Origin: Syntrophomonadaceae bacterium
GTDB taxonomy: Bacteria > Bacillota > Dethiobacteria > DTU022 > UBA8154
Reading direction: 5' to 3'
Assembly (NCBI GenBank): GCA_003556225.1
Contig: PWRN01000063.1
Coordinates: 4,060 to 68,059, forward strand
DNA: 64,000 nt
Part shown: positions 61,535 through 64,000 of the stretch, in pieces
Numbering within the stretch: the first letter of the stretch is position 1
Layout of the letters: every line of letters begins with the position of its first letter
Translations under genes and position numbers: made by a program
The notes under the pieces: model-generated
Seen by the model: the letters and a program-made list of their open reading frames with translations, nothing else
What the model was told of the DNA's origin: nothing
Database searches by the model: none

Positions 61535-63388
61535 TTACCGGCTGGGGAGACCCAATTGCTCCAGTCGTTCTGCCGTGGGGATGCCTTCCGGGGACCAGCC
61601 CCGCAGCCGGTAGTACTCCCAGAGCATTTTACCGAGGTGAGGCAGGCTACCTCCCGCGGCCCCCTCTACCCGATCGTGAGCGAAGAGGCGGGGCGGAAGC
61701 ATATCATCCTTTCTGCTGATCCCCAACCCGGTGTTGATCAACCTTTTCAGATTAAAGATGCGCTCACCCGCCGTCAACAATTCTTGGGCGTCCATCGTCC
61801 AGCCGGTGCAAGCCTTGACCCAATCGCTCACCTCCGCCGGGGTAACGTGGCCCCGGATCAAAAACTTACATAGCCCCAGGGCGTTAAAGGTACCCATGTA
61901 ATCCTGCATGGTCTTGGCCAACAACGGCTTCCCCTGATACCCGTGGGGTTCGTATTCAGGTTCCAATCCCATTAGTTCCGGGGGAAATGCCCGGTTTTCA
62001 CTGAAGTACGTGAGCCCTTCCAGGTGACAGGCGCCGCGATTTCCGGTCGCGTAAACCAGGGCCATACTGGTAAAAGCCCGGGGATCATGGAAAGCGTATT
62101 CCAGCCCCTTGGTCTCCACGGCGAATTCCGCTGCCGGAGGACCAAAGTGGGCAACCGCCCGGCGAACACCCCGGGAGAGTATTTCTCCGATTCCTTCCCG
62201 GTTTCCGATCTGTTCGACAAGTGATAAAATGGCCTCGCCGTTACCCCAGTTCAGCTCAAGGCCTGCTGCATCCTCTGCCTTGAGCAGCCCATGTTCATAG
62301 AGTTCCATGGCCAATGCAATCACCGAGGCCGTTGACATGGTGTCCAGCCCCAACCGGTTGCAGAGATCATTGGCTGCAACTATGGTATGGAGATCGTCAT
62401 TGAGGAGGCACGCACCAAAACCGGCAGCCGTCTCGTATTCGGGTCCGTGGGCTTCCGTTCCGGCATGAGGCCCTTTTGTGACCTGCACCTCTTTTCCACA
62501 GCGGATGGGACAGCGGTAGCAGGCGTAGTGGCCCACGCCGGCGCTTTCCATGATGGCCTGCCCGGATGTCCGGGCCGCCCCTTCCGTCCAGGAACCCCCT
62601 GTCCAGTTGCGGATGGGAAGGTCGCCCAATTTTTCCACCACCGGCACTCCACCAGCCGTGCCGTAATCGGTTAATCCCCTGGTCTTCTCGCGAATGCGGG
62701 GCACGGCCTCCCGGCGCGCCCGGTCAAGGGCGTCCGGGTCGTAAGGTTTAGGTGTTTTCTTCCCTTTAGATACCGCAATGGCTTTTAATCTCTTGGAGCC
62801 CATCACGGCGCCCATGCCTCCACGACCGGCAGCCCGGGCATCATGGCCGTCAATGATAATTCCTGCAATGAGAACCTGTTTTTCACCGGCAGGGCCAATG
62901 GCTGCAGCTCTTAGATTTTCGTCCTCCACCTCTTCCCGAATGGCCTCCTGTGTGGCATAGACATCCTTTCCCCAGAGATGGCCGGCCTCCCGAAGCTCCA
63001 CTTTGTCTTCACGGAGATAAAGGTAGACCGGCTCGGCGGAACACCCGGTGATAATCATGCCATCATATCCACAGCTTCGTAATGCCGAGGGCCAGCGCCC
63101 TCCCACGGTTGACTCCGACCAGATGCCCGTGGCCGGAGAACGGCCGCAGAAAGAAGCTTTACAAGCAGTGGGAACATTAACCCCGGTGAGCAGTCCGGTC
63201 ATAACAAACAGGGGGGCTTCGGGATCCAGGGGGCTGAGCTGCATTTTCCCGGTGTCGTAAAACCATTTTGCAGCCACGCCGCTCCCGCCTAAAAATGCCC
63301 GGTAGTCTGCTTCGGGAATGGTAATTTCCCGGGCCTTACCGGCAGTAAGATCGATATCGAGCAATTTCCCCCGCAAGGAAAACGTCAT
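61535..63388 (-). CDS. tungsten-containing aldehyde:ferredoxin oxidoreductase (AOR family)
   Basis: 617 aa; AOR N-domain (LLDIDLTAGK...FLGGSGVAAKWF), 4Fe-4S Cys ligands and pterin-binding regions. Confidence 0.85.
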   Translation of the reverse strand: MTFSLRGKLLDIDLTAGKAREITIPEADYRAFLGGSGVAAKWFYDTGKMQLSPLDPEAPLFVMTGLLTGVNVPTACKASFCGRSPATGIWSESTVGGRWPSALRSCGYDGMIITGCSAEPVYLYLREDKVELREAGHLWGKDVYATQEAIREEVEDENLRAAAIGPAGEKQVLIAGIIIDGHDARAAGRGGMGAVMGSKRLKAIAVSKGKKTPKPYDPDALDRARREAVPRIREKTRGLTDYGTAGGVPVVEKLGDLPIRNWTGGSWTEGAARTSGQAIMESAGVGHYACYRCPIRCGKEVQVTKGPHAGTEAHGPEYETAAGFGACLLNDDLHTIVAANDLCNRLGLDTMSTASVIALAMELYEHGLLKAEDAAGLELNWGNGEAILSLVEQIGNREGIGEILSRGVRRAVAHFGPPAAEFAVETKGLEYAFHDPRAFTSMALVYATGNRGACHLEGLTYFSENRAFPPELMGLEPEYEPHGYQGKPLLAKTMQDYMGTFNALGLCKFLIRGHVTPAEVSDWVKACTGWTMDAQELLTAGERIFNLKRLINTGLGISRKDDMLPPRLFAHDRVEGAAGGSLPHLGKMLWEYYRLRGWSPEGIPTAERLEQLGLPSR

Positions 63389-63426
63389 TTTCTACACCTC
63401 TATTCCATCATTTTTGCTTTTTACGT

Positions 63427-64000
63427 CTAGTAGGCATCTGCATAAAGCTGGATGATTTCTTCTTCGGTGGCAACCCGGGGATTATTTCCCGGGCTGCCGC
63501 TGGCGATGGCATCGCGGGCCATTTTTGCTGCCATCTTGTCCAGTTCGGCCCGGTCTACCCCGGCATTTTTTAACCCCCGCATGTTGAAATCGCTGCACAG
63601 TCGCTCCAGGAATGTTACGGCTCTTTCCGCGGCCTCCAGGCGAGAGAGCCCCTGGACCGGTTCACCCATGGCTTCTGCCAGGTGAGCAAAACGCTCGACG
63701 GCACCGGGCAGCGTAAAACGGCAGACTGCGGGAAGCAAGACGGCATTGGAAATTCCATGGGGCACATTAAAGCAGGCGCCGATGGGACGTGACATGCCAT
63801 GGACCAGGGCCACAGAAGAATTGCTGAAGGCCAACCCGGCCAGAGTTGCGGCATGCATGGTGTAATAACGGGCCTCCTGGTCCGAACCGTTACACCAGGC
63901 CCGGCGCAAGTAACGGCTCAGCAGCCTTACCGCTTCCAGGGCCAGGATATCGGTCATGGGCTGTGCTTTTACAGATATATACGCTTCAACAGCGTGGGTT
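63427..64000 (-). CDS. iron-containing alcohol dehydrogenase, C-terminal part (gene continues beyond right edge)
   Basis: HGMSRPIG...PHGISNAVLLP Fe-ADH motifs; reading frame stays open upstream of the listed Met to position 64000. Confidence 0.8.
   Translation of the reverse strand, partial: THAVEAYISVKAQPMTDILALEAVRLLSRYLRRAWCNGSDQEARYYTMHAATLAGLAFSNSSVALVHGMSRPIGACFNVPHGISNAVLLPAVCRFTLPGAVERFAHLAEAMGEPVQGLSRLEAAERAVTFLERLCSDFNMRGLKNAGVDRAELDKMAAKMARDAIASGSPGNNPRVATEEEIIQLYADAY

Overview
The window looks like a chromosomal core region of a moderately GC-rich (mid-50s % by eye), low-GC Gram-positive bacterium of the Clostridia type, judging by gene content and RBS/promoter style. Almost all genes are on the minus strand. 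The gene order largely follows the Bacillus subtilis yqe-yqf neighbourhood (established knowledge), read on the minus strand from high to low coordinates as follows. Coordinates 61193-64000: partial Fe-alcohol dehydrogenase, tungsten-type aldehyde:ferredoxin oxidoreductase, MoaD-like protein. 52746-60876: glycogen operon glgB-glgC-glgD-glgA-glgP. 49225-52680: an 1151-aa GH13 + GH77 (MalQ-like) fusion enzyme. 46654-48747: DUF255 thioredoxin-like protein. 44296-46335: acpS, nifS/iscS, nifU/iscU. 35094-44070: lepA, hrcA (perfect CIRCE operator upstream), grpE, dnaK, dnaJ, rsmE, mtaB. 34058-34941: a UPF0342/YheA-like gene on plus, divergent from the HIT gene. 30157-33796: rpsU, yqeY, nfeD, floA, YqfB-position basic protein. 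25930-29877: phoH, pgpH (7TM-HD), ybeY, dgkA. 21496-25869: DUF881 protein, cdd, era, recO, glyQ-glyS. 15765-19221: PPDK regulatory protein and ppdK. 11349-15657: a D-Ala-D-Ala carboxypeptidase and a CBS/DUF294 nucleotidyltransferase-like gene (both plus), and a dGTPase-like HD gene. 7593-10957: dnaG-sigA (overlapping) and a four-tRNA operon (Asn-Met-Glu-Val). 1-7472: a less conserved segment with a SnoaL-like gene, a GPH-family MFS transporter, a secreted membrane-anchored protein, DUF427, a small zinc-ribbon protein, a membrane-anchored MsrB, a PilZ (c-di-GMP) protein, a small protein and a partial 5'-nucleotidase-type metallophosphoesterase. No mobile elements, CRISPR arrays, rRNA genes or obvious defence systems were seen. 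Points worth a second look are a ~180-nt nested inverted-repeat element (3504-3682), the GH13-GH77 fusion inside a glg operon that lacks glgX, several short ORFs with good expression signals in otherwise empty spacers, a glyQS locus without room for a T-box leader, and an ADH-AOR-MoaD operon. Everything is inferred from the raw sequence and the ORF track by eye. Coordinates of small hand-derived elements may be off by a few bases.
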